Assembly (NCBI GenBank): GCA_965287045.1
Contig: OZ336885.1
Span: 62,310,001-62,374,000, forward strand
Source of the DNA: Carcharhinus amblyrhynchos
Lineage: Eukaryota
DNA: 64,000 nt
Direction: 5' to 3'
The translations under genes and the position numbers were made by a program. The notes under the pieces are model-generated. The model made no database searches, was not told where the DNA came from, and saw only the letters and a list, made by a program, of their open reading frames with translations. This document shows positions 13,245 to 26,380 of the stretch, in pieces. Positions within the stretch are counted from its first letter, which is position 1, and every line of letters begins with the position of its first letter.

Positions 13245-13897
13245 AACTTGGCCTTTATAGCGAGGGGTATAGAATATAAAAGTAGGGAGGTCTCCTCAAA
13301 TGGAGAGGGCACTGGTGAGGACGCGGCTGGAGTATTGTGTGCAATTTTGGTCGCCGCACTTGCGGAATGATATATTGGCCTTGGAGGGAGTGCAGAAGAG
13401 GTTCACTCGGCTGATACCGGAGATGAGGGGGTTGCACTATGAAGAGAGTCTAAATAGACTAGGTTTGTACTCGTTGGAGTGTAGAAGGATGAGGGGGGAA
13501 TTTTGTAGAGATGTATAAGATAATGAAGCGGATGGATAGGGTAGAGGTGGAGAGATTCTTTCCGCTTAGAAAGGATAGCAGGACTGGAGGGCACAGCGTC
13601 AAGGTAAGTGGGGGGGGGGGGCGGCGCTGTTTAGATCAGAGTTGAGGAGGAACATATTCATTCAAAGGGTGGTGAATCTCTGGAATTCTCTGCCCATTGA
13701 AGTTGTGGAGGCTACCTCGCTAAATATGTTTAAGTAACGGGTAGATAGGTTTTTGATAGACGGGGGGATTAAGGGTTATGGAGAAAAAGCGGGAAAGTGG
13801 AACTGATCCACTTCAGATCAGCCATGATCTTATTGAATGGCGGGACAGGCTCGAAGGGCGAGATGGCCTACTCCTGCTCCTTTTTCATATGTTCTTA
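13245..13897 (+). mobile_element. CR1 LINE 3' fragment (young family)
   Basis: ORF 13300-13518 ALVRTRLEYCVQFWSPHLRNDILALEGVQKRFTRLIP; tail GATGGCCTACTCCTGCTCCT...ATGTTCTTA; same family as 49672-50590. Confidence 0.95.
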
Positions 13898-14058
13898 AAC
13901 GAGCTACTAAACAGAACAAGGCATCTTTGACATAAGCCGAAACAGCACGTGTTGTTCGCCGGATGGAAAAACAAATCTGTAGAATGATCAAAATCACTTG
14001 TCAACGGGGGAGGTCACGTATTTCCATCCCACTCCACTGCGATTGCGACAGCGTACAG

Positions 14059-14337
14059 GTTGTGCATTGGTCGGGGAGATGGGATTCCAAATTGCCGTCC
14101 TCGGCTGAAAATACCAAAAAGAATAATACTTAATCGACTTTCAGTTTCTGGAGCAAAGCTCAGAAAGCCAAATTGCAGTGCTGAATCTGCGATTGGATGG
14201 GTACTCAGTATTCTGGGATGGCGGGAGCGGCGTTGGTTTATTAATAATGATTAACATCAGTGACATTGATGAAAATTGGAGATGCTAAATAAGGGTGATG
14301 CTTTTCTTTTCGGAAATTAGCAAGTAGGCTCTTGAAG
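14059..14337 (+). pseudogene. Possible decayed Ig-type exon with WxC motif
   Basis: 279 nt between AG and G|gt (phase 1-1). One frame, with internal stops, contains WDGGSGVGLLIMINISDIDENWRC. Splice contexts are weak. Confidence 0.3.
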
Positions 14338-14884
14338 GTAGTCCTAATGAATTTACAAATCTATCCGTGAATTATTGAAAGGAAAGTTTGCGGCATACTA
14401 AGAATAATTCTTCAATTGGTGGCAAGGAAATATGTAGAGATGTGTCGATTTTCTGAGTGGTTGGGGTAATGGTCTTATCATTGGGCATGTATTCTTAAAT
14501 GAAGGGTTATACAGCGTTCGATTCCAAACGTGGCAGGTGGTGCAATTCGAATTAATTAGAAATGTTAAGTTAGAATTCTAACAATGACCAAGAAAACAGT
14601 ATATATTGGCATAACACTCCATCTGGTTTGCAATTTATTGCAGGAAATATGGTTAAAATGTGTAATGTGATACACAACAATGCAGTTGCCATTTGAACGA
14701 CCTCGAAACGCTGATGCGTGTGTTCCGAGCAGTTCCTTGATATGTGAAACGTCTAAAGTTAGCAATTCAATTTAAGCAGGCTTGGGCCGATTTCGCACCA
14801 GCGTGGTTTGGAGTATAAGTGAAGAATGACTGAACAAAAGGTAACATTCATGGCACACAAATGTCAGGACCAAAAAGAAGCACC

Positions 14885-15605
14885 GTAACAACTGCCCCTT
14901 GACATTCAGTGATGGTACATCACTGAAATCCCCATATCAACATGCTGGGGTTACCATTGGCCCGAAACTCAACTGGACTCACCACATTAACACAATAACT
15001 ACATAGCACTCAGAGGCGAGGAGTACTGTGGCGCGTAACTCATCTCCAGACTCCCCAAGTCCTATCCACCATATACAAGTCGCAAGCCAAGATTGTGATG
15101 AAATACGTCCTCCTTATCTGGATGGGTGCAGCTCCAAAAACACACAAGGTGTTTGACGCCATTAGGATTTTAAAGAAAGAGCCTACTTGCTTGGCAAAGT
15201 ATGTACACATTTCAGTCCCTCCACCATTTCCGCTCAGCAGCGTCAGTGTGCCACTGCCGACAAGAAGCACTGCAGCAATTCACAAAGTTGTTTTATTTCG
15301 GCAGTACCTTCCAAACCCAACCACTTCCAACTGTAAGGACAAGGGCGGGAGAGGCATGGGAACACCGCCACCTGCATGTTCCGCTTCAAACCACTCCTGG
15401 AATAATTCAGCCGTTCTTTCACAGTCGCTGGGTCAAAATCTCGCAATTCCCTTCATAACGGCATTGTGCTTCATCCTGCAGTACGGGGACTGTAACAATT
15501 CATGAAGGCAGCTCAACACCGCGTTCCCGAGAGCAACTAGGAATGGACAATAAATTTTGGCCAGTCCTCTACGCCCATGTCCCAGTAATGAAGAAAGACA
15601 TGGCA
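14885..15605 (+). mobile_element. Non-LTR retrotransposon 3' fragment (CR1/L2 group)
   Basis: INMLGLPL..KLNWTHHINT, LSTIYKSQ..IVMKY..LIWMGAAP remnants; 3' UTR GAGCAACTAGGAATGGACAATAAAT. Confidence 0.8.
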
Positions 15606-18600
15606 AGAAAAAAAAACGAGGACTTGCAATAAGTCGATTATCAAAATATTTTTTCAAAGATTGTGTTATGTTTATTTTCGCAGGATACGTTGAACCGTGC
15701 CGTCTGGCCATGGGTGCTAAGTTCCATGAATATGTTAAAACTGAAGCTTTTGTTCCAATATTTCCTGCAGGTTGCCGCAATCACATTCTACACGCCAAAC
15801 CAGTAATCACGCAACTTTCCACGATGCAGAATACATCGTGATGCTCATGTATCAATTGTCTATTATGCAAATACACTTGCCCCTGTTTATTTTATCAGAA
15901 GTGAAGTCAACTGGCACAAGTTGCGGTAGAAACCCTGAAGAATCCGTTTGGAAGATCTGCAAATTTGAGTGATGGTAAACGAAGCCTTCTCAAGTAATTG
16001 CACTTCCATTGATGTAGGAGCGAGAAAGCGTTGAGACGAGTTTCCAAAAAAAGAAGTGGAGACTATTTTAATATGCTGTTGTTGATTGGTGCTTAATTCC
16101 CGTCGAACACACTTGCAGTGTGTCACTTGAACCTATAGATACCAAGTTGTTCAGTGGAAGAGATTTTTCGAATTGTTGTACATTTTCCATGTAGCCAAAC
16201 TTGAGCTCCCAATTTTAATGCATGTCTCCAGACTTTGCATGTTGATGAGAATATCTTCAGTTACGTTACCCTATTTAGAATTATTTCATTGACATTGCCT
16301 CCAGAATGAAGCAGTGGATCTGATAACCCATTCCAAAACAGTTATTCTCGATCAAATATCTCATCGATATCTCATCCGACAAAGATGACATGGAATAAAT
16401 TGTAACGTTGGATGGAGTCAGAACATTTTTCGGGTTCAAATTATAACGACTGGAAAAGTTTTGCGCATTACATAAGAATGCATATAAGTGCCCATTGAGT
16501 AAACCTAGGTTGGGTGAAAATGGCTGGCCTGGCAGATTGTCAATCACATTGAAGACTGAACTCTATTTTGGAGTGATAACATAATACATGTAATTATTGC
16601 AACTGGAGATGATTGGATCGTAATCCCTTTCAAGCAAAACAAAGATGATGATGTCAGATTTCACATTGAGCAATGCTATGTCGATCGCCTCAGAGAGTAA
16701 AGCAGTCGACTCTCAAGTGCAAAAACAAAATGGCTGAATTCCTTGTTCCTGCTTAGAAAGGAGTAACGAAAGTTTCAAGCCAACACCATCTCAAAGTAAT
16801 ACAATCACGCATTCCCGTCTTACAATGAACACGCTTTCTAACATTGGCTCCCTCAACCACTACCATGCGGATGCAAAAATTTGGATTTCAAACTGCACCA
16901 TTATTTTAAACACGCACACCGAACGATAGTTAGTAGATGCACCACTCCGCAAAAATCCAAAGGGCAATGCACATCACCAGAGAAAAACAGTCATTTGATC
17001 AGGGAAGAAGTGACATAGTGGTATTGTCACAATAGTAGAATCCAGGCACCCACGATTAAGCCATGGGAACTGTATTGGAATCCCATATGGCAGATGGTAA
17101 AAATATAATTCAACAAATCATGTGTATTTAAAATCTAATGGTGACCATACAATCATTGCCGATTGCCACCCCCCCCCCCCCACCCAATCCCTCCCCCCAC
17201 GCCCCAACACGCACACATACAAAAACAAACTGCTGCACTGGACAAGTGAATTTGGCATTCATATCAAGTCTCGCCCAAATGAGACTGCTGATCCGTAAAA
17301 AGACAGTTGAATCTCAAGTGTCCACTCAAATAAAGATCAAAGACGAATTGACACTTAATTCTGTGCTCAGCTCACAACGCCAACATTCGACAAAATAGCG
17401 CCGCGACCCCAATGATATTCCTAAAGATTATATCGCTCAGCATCCCATCCCTTCCATCGAAATAACTCTGAACTTCTTGCTTTCCAAATATGACACAAAC
17501 CAGCCCAATGCCCTGAATGCACGAACGCTACCGATCCCGCAGTCCGATTATGTGATACACCTCACGAGAAGTGAATGAATCCAGCACCCTGCTGGAAGTG
17601 CACTGACCCACAAACTACCCAGCCCAAACAGGCGCGACAAACTCCTCCCGACCGAAACACTTGTCCAAGCCAACACCCGTCAAACTGAAAAGGCGATTAG
17701 AATCGAAATAGCCCACCAAAGTCGCACCACATGATCAGATCTGTCCCCACACCCGCCACGTTGACCACATACGTGGCACAAATTCATTCGAGCCGGCAAT
17801 TCCTCAAGTATATACTTTGAATCCTTTTGACCCCCTATCTGTTGCACATTCTAAAGTAGTTGGCAGCCTTTCTCCTCCCCCTTGACGACCAGATACGAAA
17901 GGAGAACGAAATAACGTGACTCCGTTAGCCGCCCCTTGCATGATTTACCAGTGGTATGTTCGTATCCATATTCACATAATCCATTCATGTGTCTCAGAAT
18001 TTGACATTCTGGCATTCAATGGGACATTTAAACTGATTTACTTAATGCCACACTCAATGCTGTGGAAACGCGGCATGCTGGAATATACTCCGCTCATTTG
18101 GCACTTTAGTGCATTGGCCCACAAATAACATTCCTTCTGTCGTCTCATCCTGTATGACAGAATCATTTCCACAAAACAGCTTCTGTCCATTTTGAGCCCG
18201 GCGAGATTGCATCTTTGGAGATAAAATACTCTGCTGATCACCATACCAAGGAATTTGTGATAAAATTGTTTAGTACTATTTGTGCTTTTTCGTCACCCCA
18301 TATCTTTTTTGAAGTCATCTGTCAGCGATAAATGTGAACCTGGTGGATGCCCAAATGCTATATTGACATTAGACAACGCGAGTCAGCCGTATGTCGGGAA
18401 AATTATCTCCTTAGCAGTTCAGCACAATGTTTCTTTTTGTAGCGCGAGCGACAGTTATAGCATGCCTTCTGAAACGGTCTCTGCTGCAAATTATGTCAAT
18501 AGTACATGTCTTCCAACCCTTTACGAATTCTGCACCTTTTTCGACTCTTCTCTTAATCTCCATCGCCGGAACAAATTGTCAATACTTCTGTATTATTTTC

Positions 18601-18943
18601 GGAATTAAAGGATTTCTGCTATGTAGTGCAGGTCAAATCCGTTTAATAAGTTAATACTATGTGCCCCTGGTAACATTCCAAAAATCTGGTAAGTAATTTG
18701 TGCAAAATATCAGTTTCTCATCCCTTCAAATATGTGTGCGTGTGCGTGTGCGTGTGGTTGACTCTGTGCATGTGTGCGAATTTAGCCATTTGTTGCAGTT
18801 TTCTAGGATCGCAAAATTTAAATTGAGCATGATATCATTTATATTTGGGGAATGTTGTGCCAAAAAATGCAATTCACACTGCTGAAACTTACTCAATGTT
18901 TTCTCTTCTTCCATATGCCTGTCACTTTGATTACTCATTGCAG

Positions 18944-19318
18944 AGCTCCAGAAGTCTGTCTCGATTCTCCAGAACTCTCCGCATGTGGTTTCATTCAGCA
19001 GACGGGTCTGTGCAGGCAGTGGAATATCCCCTGCCTGCTTCAACGATGGCACTAAATTCAATTAGCCGCTTAACTAAGCGATTAGCACAACAATGACTGG
19101 TGGCAACATAATTGAGCTCTTCTCGTCATTTATCTGCAGAAAAAAAAAATCTGCTGAAATATTAGTGTTAAGGTGATAACATTTTGTGCTCTTTGCATAC
19201 TCATCTTCGAAGTGCTACAAAAAGTAGACTCAGGACAGACACTTTATCCGTTGATGTTTAGGACGAAACACGGTAAGGATGACAGTGGAGGAGATGGAGA
19301 AACTTGAAAATTCCAAAG
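18944..19318 (+). pseudogene. Decayed Ig V(J)-type exon (copy 2)
   Basis: cattgcag| acceptor and G|gttaag donor, 375 nt; ILQNSPHVVS, IPC, DWWQH, ILIFEVLQKVDSG, DDSGGDGET. Confidence 0.55.
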
Positions 19319-20061
19319 GTTAAGGAGTTTAACTAAATATTACTGTCACATAGTTGATTGTTATGCTGGCATTATGGAAACAACCGTACACGTATAACTG
19401 AATCTTCAGAATCCAATGAGACAATAACGAACACCCATTATTTTATAGAATTGCAATCGATGTCTTAGGTTGTTGAATGTCAGGAAAATGCGAAGGGGTT
19501 TTTTTTTGCAAGATATGAGTTTCTAGTTACGCCATGTTCTGCACTCTTTCAACAACACTCGTCGTCAGACATTTGTACTGCCAGATAGGTGAAGATGCAA
19601 CAATGGATAGCTTACGTTTCGTCGAAGAACACGTCTTTTTGGAAGTAATGTTAAAGGAGGTGACTGAATCGTAGGTTGAAATTCATTTCCCATATCTAAA
19701 GAGCAAAATGTTGAAAGCAAATTTACAATTCAGCAAGGAGAACTAGAAAATATGGATGAAAACATCCCAGAGGGTTGCAGGTATTCTGCTGAAATCTCCA
19801 AACAAGACATTCAATTTCGTCAATGACGTTATACAGTTTGCCGAGCTATTTGTTTCTCCATTTCAAAAGCAATTGATACATGAGAATTAAAGCATGTTTG
19901 TGGCATACAAATGAGTGGAACTGATACAGCGCCCCTACCATGTTATTAATTCACTTCATTACAACAATCCGAAATATCTCGAAAGAGGAAGGTAAATAAT
20001 TCATCCTGAATATGTTTCTTTTCAATAACGAGTCAATTTGGGGTCGTTTTCTCCCTGGTAG

Positions 20062-20403
20062 CCTCTGGTCTTCTGCAAAGTCATGCGTGCGAAGTCGAAT
20101 AGGTGACAAAGACACCCTTCAATTGGGATAGCCACATAGGCCTGGCCGTTAAAGTTTTGTCAGTAAACCGAAGTAACATGAATGCAAACGACAGAAATTT
20201 GAAGTCACCTCTGCAATTCTGTAGCTCACGTTTCGAGCCATCTAACAAAATGGGTAAGTGTTCGGCATTCACTCTGGTTCGCAAATGAATTCTTCACTGC
20301 AGTTGAAATATCAGAATGTTTATATATTTTGTTATTAGCGTTTATTTTTACTTTCCAGAGATAAATTTGATGGGGCAAACTGGCCTTGCAAAGCAGCATT
20401 CAG
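20062..20403 (+). pseudogene. Pseudo-exons 20062-20253 (192 nt) and 20359-20403 (45 nt)
   Basis: Both are phase 1-1 and multiples of 3, with AG / gtaag boundaries. The first has a single TAG; the second reads EINLMGQTGLAKQHS. Confidence 0.55.
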
Positions 20404-20914
20404 GTAAGAATAGTTCATCTCGGCTTGTGGTTCGGGAACAGAACGATGCTACTCACGTAAGAGTTTTGACGGAATAGGGTATATAAAACGCAGGAGCACA
20501 CTATTGCAACTTACGACAAATTTAATGTCGGAGCTATCATAAAACATGCCAAATTCAATGTGTGAAACGGACTGAAGATTAAAGATCAATCGCTTTGTGC
20601 TGGTGTTCATAAATGTTTATATGTCCGGAAACAAAGTTTTATGCACTCACCAGCATTTTGAAATCAAATGATTCAGGAGTGAAACCACATTTGTCTTTTT
20701 TTCTTTACCTTCCCTTACCATACGATTCAATTGCATCTTTGAGGAATGGCAGCAGTTTTTTTTATGTAAAAGGTTAAGACGTAATTAGCAATAGCCAAAT
20801 AAATTGTGGAACATAATGTAACATATGATTCTTGCATTTTGCAGCAAACCGTGAAATTGAGAAAGCTCAAAAAAACCTGTCAACATCCATTAAAGTCGTG
20901 GGAATAAAAAGAAC

Positions 20915-23900
20915 ATAATTTAAGATGGGAAATTTAACGTAACGATGAGCGAGAATGAGCGTAGACGTTTGTCCGCCATTCAATACGATCATGGCTTAAC
21001 TTCTTTTGGCCTCCGCAGTGCATTTTTTTCTCTTTCAAAATTACATATCAACCAATTACGAATTAAATATCTGACTATCTCCTTACATTTGTTGACTGTC
21101 CCGACATCCAGCTGACATTTAAGGTATTGAAATGAAGAGTTGCATGCGGATTGAATTAATTAATTTCACATGATCTATGTTTTTTAAGCTTTCTAGAGTT
21201 TATCCTGAAACTACACCATTTGTTTCGAGATTGATGTAATTGTTTGAAGAGGACAAATCCTCTCCGCATAAACCCTCTAATACATTTTAGAATTTGATAG
21301 ATCCCGATCATATTGTCCCTCACTTCTAAACTGGAGGGGTGCAAGGCTCAACGTATCGCCAATAAACACTTCAGCCATCTCTGAAATTCATTCTGGTGAG
21401 TCTTCTGTGAAATGCTTCCAATACAATTGCATCATAACAAGTACGATCACTAAAAAAATGTGCACAATTCTCCACGTGCGCTGTTAGTAATTTTATCGAG
21501 TTTTGTTTTCTTCAGCAAAACTCCACTACCTCCTTCCTACATTAGTTTAGCATCGAATGCTAAAATTCAATTGTCCTTCCTCATTAACTGTGAAATGTAT
21601 ATACACGTTTGCTACATTTCAGGGGGTGCTGTTGTTTGCTGACCACCATTTAGCAGAAGCTGAGGTCCAAGTCTCAAATATGTCATTTTGCATTCCCCTG
21701 GACCATGATCACACCACTGAACATCAAGCTATTATCTCCAAAGACGGAAGCAACCTCACTTACACTGGCTGTTCTCCCCCAGAGCTTTCAACCTCATATT
21801 CTCCCAATCCTGGACTGCCTGTTCCTACGTACTTCGGAAAATCCACAAAACAGGACTGTTCTGGTAAACCATTTGTGCCAGCATGTTCCTTCCCACCAAA
21901 CTAATTTCCTCTTGTCTTGAATGCATCCTCACTCCACTGGTCCATTCCTTCCCCTCCTACATTTCGGATTCCTCCGATGTTGTACATCATATTGACAGAT
22001 TCCAGTTTGCAGGCCCTAAGCGCCTCCTATTCACTACCGATGTGCTTTCGTTCTACACCTCCATCCCACACCACGATGACCTGAGGGTTTTTCGCTCCTT
22101 TATTTTGAAAAAAAAAGCCTGAACCATTCCCATCCAAAACCAGTCTCCTCCGCCTGGCCTAACTCATTTTTCTCTGAAGAACTTCTCCTGTAACTGATCC
22201 CTCTTAGTCCAAATCAAAGGCGAAGCAATGCGGACCTGCTACGTCCCAGCTACGTTTGTCTTTTTTTTTCTTATGGGGTGCGGGAAACATTGCTGTTTCA
22301 GGTCTCCACTCCCACAACTCCTTTAACAGTACATCAATTATTATTTAGGAGCTGATTCATGCTCTCACCCGTACCTGGGGAAAAAAAAAGATCAACTTTC
22401 CTCCCAGTTTCCACCCATCTAAAACCTTCAATTGGTTCATTTCAGACACGTGCCTTCCCTTCCTTCACATTTTTGTCTCCATTTCTGCCAACACTCTTTC
22501 TACCAATACTCATTAAAAGCGCAATCACACCCGGAGATATCTGGACCACATTTATTGCATCCTTTACGCTCTGAATACTCCTTAATCTTTTCCCTCAGCT
22601 CCTTTGCATCTGTTGCATTTGTGCAGTCGATGTCAATTTCCAAAGCGATGCACCTGATCTATGCTCCTCCTGTAACCAGGGTTTCCCACGACAGTCATCG
22701 ACAGTGTTCTCAACAGCAGGCGATCCATTTCCTGCGCTCCGACCCTCAACCCCTCCCCTGCCTCCCAATACAACGATGAAGTCCCCGTTGTTCTCGCATT
22801 TCACCCAACCAACCGCTGCATGCAAAGCACAATCCTCCACCATTTTTGTCTAAACTAGTGTGATGCCACCGTCAAACGCGCTTTCACTTCAGAATTCCAC
22901 AGACAGTGTTCCATCCAAAATAACATAACTCAGTCCTCCACTAGAAATAACAACTCTCCCATTGCCCGTGGTATTTTCCCATTGAATCACAAAAGCTACA
23001 ATAAATGCCCCTTTACCTCTTCAATGCTTATCATCTTTATTTCAAACTATTCGTTCAAGTTGCAGCATGGCTTGCTGCTCCTTCAAATTGGCCTATTGCA
23101 TTCATTGCTTTTCATATGGTCTCCTCTATATCCCAGAAACTGAACGCAGACTTGATGATCACTTTTCTGAGCACATTTGGTCTATGCACAATCATGACTC
23201 TGACTTCACATTTTAACACAGAATCTTCCTCCCATGCCCACACATCTGTCATTGGTCTGCTGCAATGTTGAAGTGAAGCTCAACACATTCAGGGAAAAAA
23301 AAATAAACGGCTCATACCTTCCAGCTCGGAACATTACATCGTTCAACAACTTCTGATAATTGGCTTTACTCCATCTCAAACCCATTATTTAACTGTCCCT
23401 TACTTTTCCTTCATTATTGTCTTTCTTTATTTCTTCTTCCGGCTACAATTCCCCTCCCCAGCCCCTTGTCCCCACTTTCCGTATATTTTCCCCCCTTTTG
23501 CTTCATTTTAACAATTTTCTCAACTTTACACCCTCCACTCCATAAATCATCATTTGCCACACCTGAGTCTCTGATTTCAACTTTTTTTTTTCGTTTGGTC
23601 AACCACATCTTCTAATTTACCATGAGCTTTCATCAGCAGTTCTTCGTCCTGTTTTGTGCCTATGATTTATTTTTATATTCCTTCACCCTGCAATATAAAC
23701 AACTCCCATCTTGTATGCATTTCACCTTTGTCAAGGGACCTGGACTCCAAACGTCTGTTTCTTTTCTCCTTACATATGCTGTCGGATTTGCTGAGATTTT
23801 CCACCTTTTTTTTTTCCTTTTGGTTACAAGTTTATTTCAATTTATACAAGAGCATAACCAAAACCCCTGTAGCCGGATACTCTGAAGTTTCTTTCAGTTT

Positions 23901-24860
23901 AGAATTAAACTGCCTTTCTATTGTATTTTTCCGACCAAAATCGATAAATTCAGATGTTTCCATTTTCAACTCCATGCGTCAAATTTTGGCCCATCCAGCA
24001 ATACCATTAAACTCAAAATGCAACTTTGTTTTATGCTTTCAATTCCCTATTTCGTTTGTGTTATCTACAAATTAGCTGAGCTATCCTGGGCTCCATGTGA
24101 ATCATATGCAGCAAAATTATTTGCTAGCCCAGGAACTAATACTATGATCCCTCACGTGTTCCCCCTTGCCACCGAAAAAGAGAACCATATATCCCAACTT
24201 TCTCTGTTCTGATTTTTTCACAATCTAATAGGTTATTCCTAACTCCACGTGATCTTATCATGTGAATTAAGTTTTAGAGTGGCATCTAGTCAAATGTCTT
24301 CAGAAAGTCCTTTCTACACCGAATATCCTTACTGTTCACTTTGCTTGCAACATTTGTTGATGATTCGAGCAAATTTGTGGATCAGAACTTACCATTTATA
24401 TGTCTATGATCATCCTAATGAATTGTGATTTCAAATTCCATGTGTCATGTTATGAATTCTTTCATTTTTTTTCTAATAAATTGCCAAACACAGAAGCTGA
24501 AATGCTTACTCGAAAGCATTCTACTTCATGTCAACTTCTCACCTTGAATAATAAAAAAAAAACAGTTATTTCCAGGTCACTGGAACCTTTCCCAAACTCA
24601 GACCATTTTCGAATAGTAAAAGTAAGGAATCCATCATGTCTGGAAAGACTTCATCTAAGAAGGAAGATTTAGACAATCAGTTCTGCGAACTTGTTTGCTT
24701 TAAATCTCAACAGATCGTTCAGTGCAAATTTCTGAGCTTATGATGACAATTGTTCTTATTTTCGTAATTTCTGTTACCTGTTTTGTCTATCAATGTTGCG
24801 TTAGTCTGGACCTGCACTGTGAAAACTCACACAAATTACTGATACTAATGTTGTCCTTCA
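20915..24860. mobile_element. Duplicated CR1 (minus) with nested Penelope-like element (~21690-23820, plus)
   Basis: Colinear with 5010-9592; ORF 21883-22122 FQFAGPKRLLFTTDVLSFYTSIPH is PLE RT. Confidence 0.85.
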
Positions 24861-26380
24861 AACATATGCCGTTATCAGAAAATGTTAAAATGCAAAATAC
24901 ATGGCCTACGTTTCTTCGAAGAACGAAATATAACTTCATCTGATGTGAGTGAACACCATGCGCTGGAATGCATTTCCCCTGTTTACTGCCCAGATTGCTG
25001 AAGGTAAATTCGCGGATCATCGAGTGTCTGCCAGCTGGAAAGATGGAAATGGGTTAATACAAAAATGGGAAGCTTATAGAAATTGGAGGTGCCAATAAGT
25101 TAAGCTTGAGGATATCGATGAAACAGTGCAGTGGTACTTCACGTATCGGGACCTGGTGTCAAATCCTTCCGCAAACGTTTGCAATAGCCTATGATTAAGA
25201 CCAGAACACTAATGTGGAAATCTCAATTTGAGCTCGACATTGAATTTTAGATTCCAGAATGTCATGATCACTCGCCCTTACGTGATGTTTAACTGTGAGA
25301 TCATGAATTGATCCCTCCTCATTATGCAATACGAAATCTTCAGCAGTTTGTTCCGTGGTTCATTTTTTTCACAGAAGCAATCTTCAATGCATTCAATGTA
25401 CTTACCACCAAAACTATCATTCACAGCTGTTTAACTAATTTGACCACATTTTAACATCAGCTATAATTAGAGCCCTACCTTTCCTGCAAACTCCCTAACA
25501 ATTCCTAAGTTATGATCTGCAGAGCTACAGATTTTATTTTCCCAGCTTAATAATTTTCTACCACCAGGAACATACCATTTTTTTTTTGCCATTAAATAAT
25601 ACTGCATATTTTAGAGTAGTATTTGAGATATGTTGTTGAACAGTATTCGTTGTAGTAGTTGGATGCACTCTGAGTCTGTCTACCAGCACCCATCTCTTTC
25701 TTCAGTGCAGCATCACAATTTCTCCAACTGTCTCGAAAGTCAATGTTAACCTGAACTACAGTTGTTCTGCTGTTTTCCACTGAGCTATTGTCGTGTGAGG
25801 CTTGATGATATTATTTGCAGTTCCAGCAATGTGACGTGGAAGCTGGGTTGACAGAGAATGTTCAAGCACAAATTCTGCAATTCCAGTTGAGAAAAGCTGC
25901 GCCCCCTTCCCCCCCTCTGAATTTCCCATTGGAGTGTGTTATGGAATCAGTATATTCCTTTGAACTTCTGTGTGGACGTTTCTCCGAGAGTTTCTGTTTT
26001 CAAAATTGCTGAGTCCATCAGAATTATTAGGAAAAAAAGAACCCTGAATATCCAGCATCAAAGAAAACATTTATCCTCATATGCAAACTTGTTCCAGAGA
26101 TAACATCATGTGTATGGACCGCTGCACATAGGGAGAACAAAGATTGCAAGTTACTAAGTATTATACATTGCAATGTCAAAGCTTAATTTATTTGTAACAT
26201 TAAAGTTTTTTTTTAAATATATTGTATATGTTGTTTAACTTATTTTTAAGAGGACAAGTGAAACACGTTGTTTGCTCACCTTCGTATAAAAATCAAATGT
26301 AGAGTTTGACGACTATTTCAAATGTGCAATAGTGTATCTGTTATATATCTTAACATTTCCAAAACTATTCTGCATCTTGC

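Noticed and set aside
24740-24878. Apparent split leader (MMTIVLIFVISVTCFVYQCC) plus 79-nt intron before a V-like exon (also ~9485-9608)
   Set aside because: The same bases read on the minus strand as the CR1 motif N.YFASVFT and continue a CR1 fragment; the splice phase also does not match.
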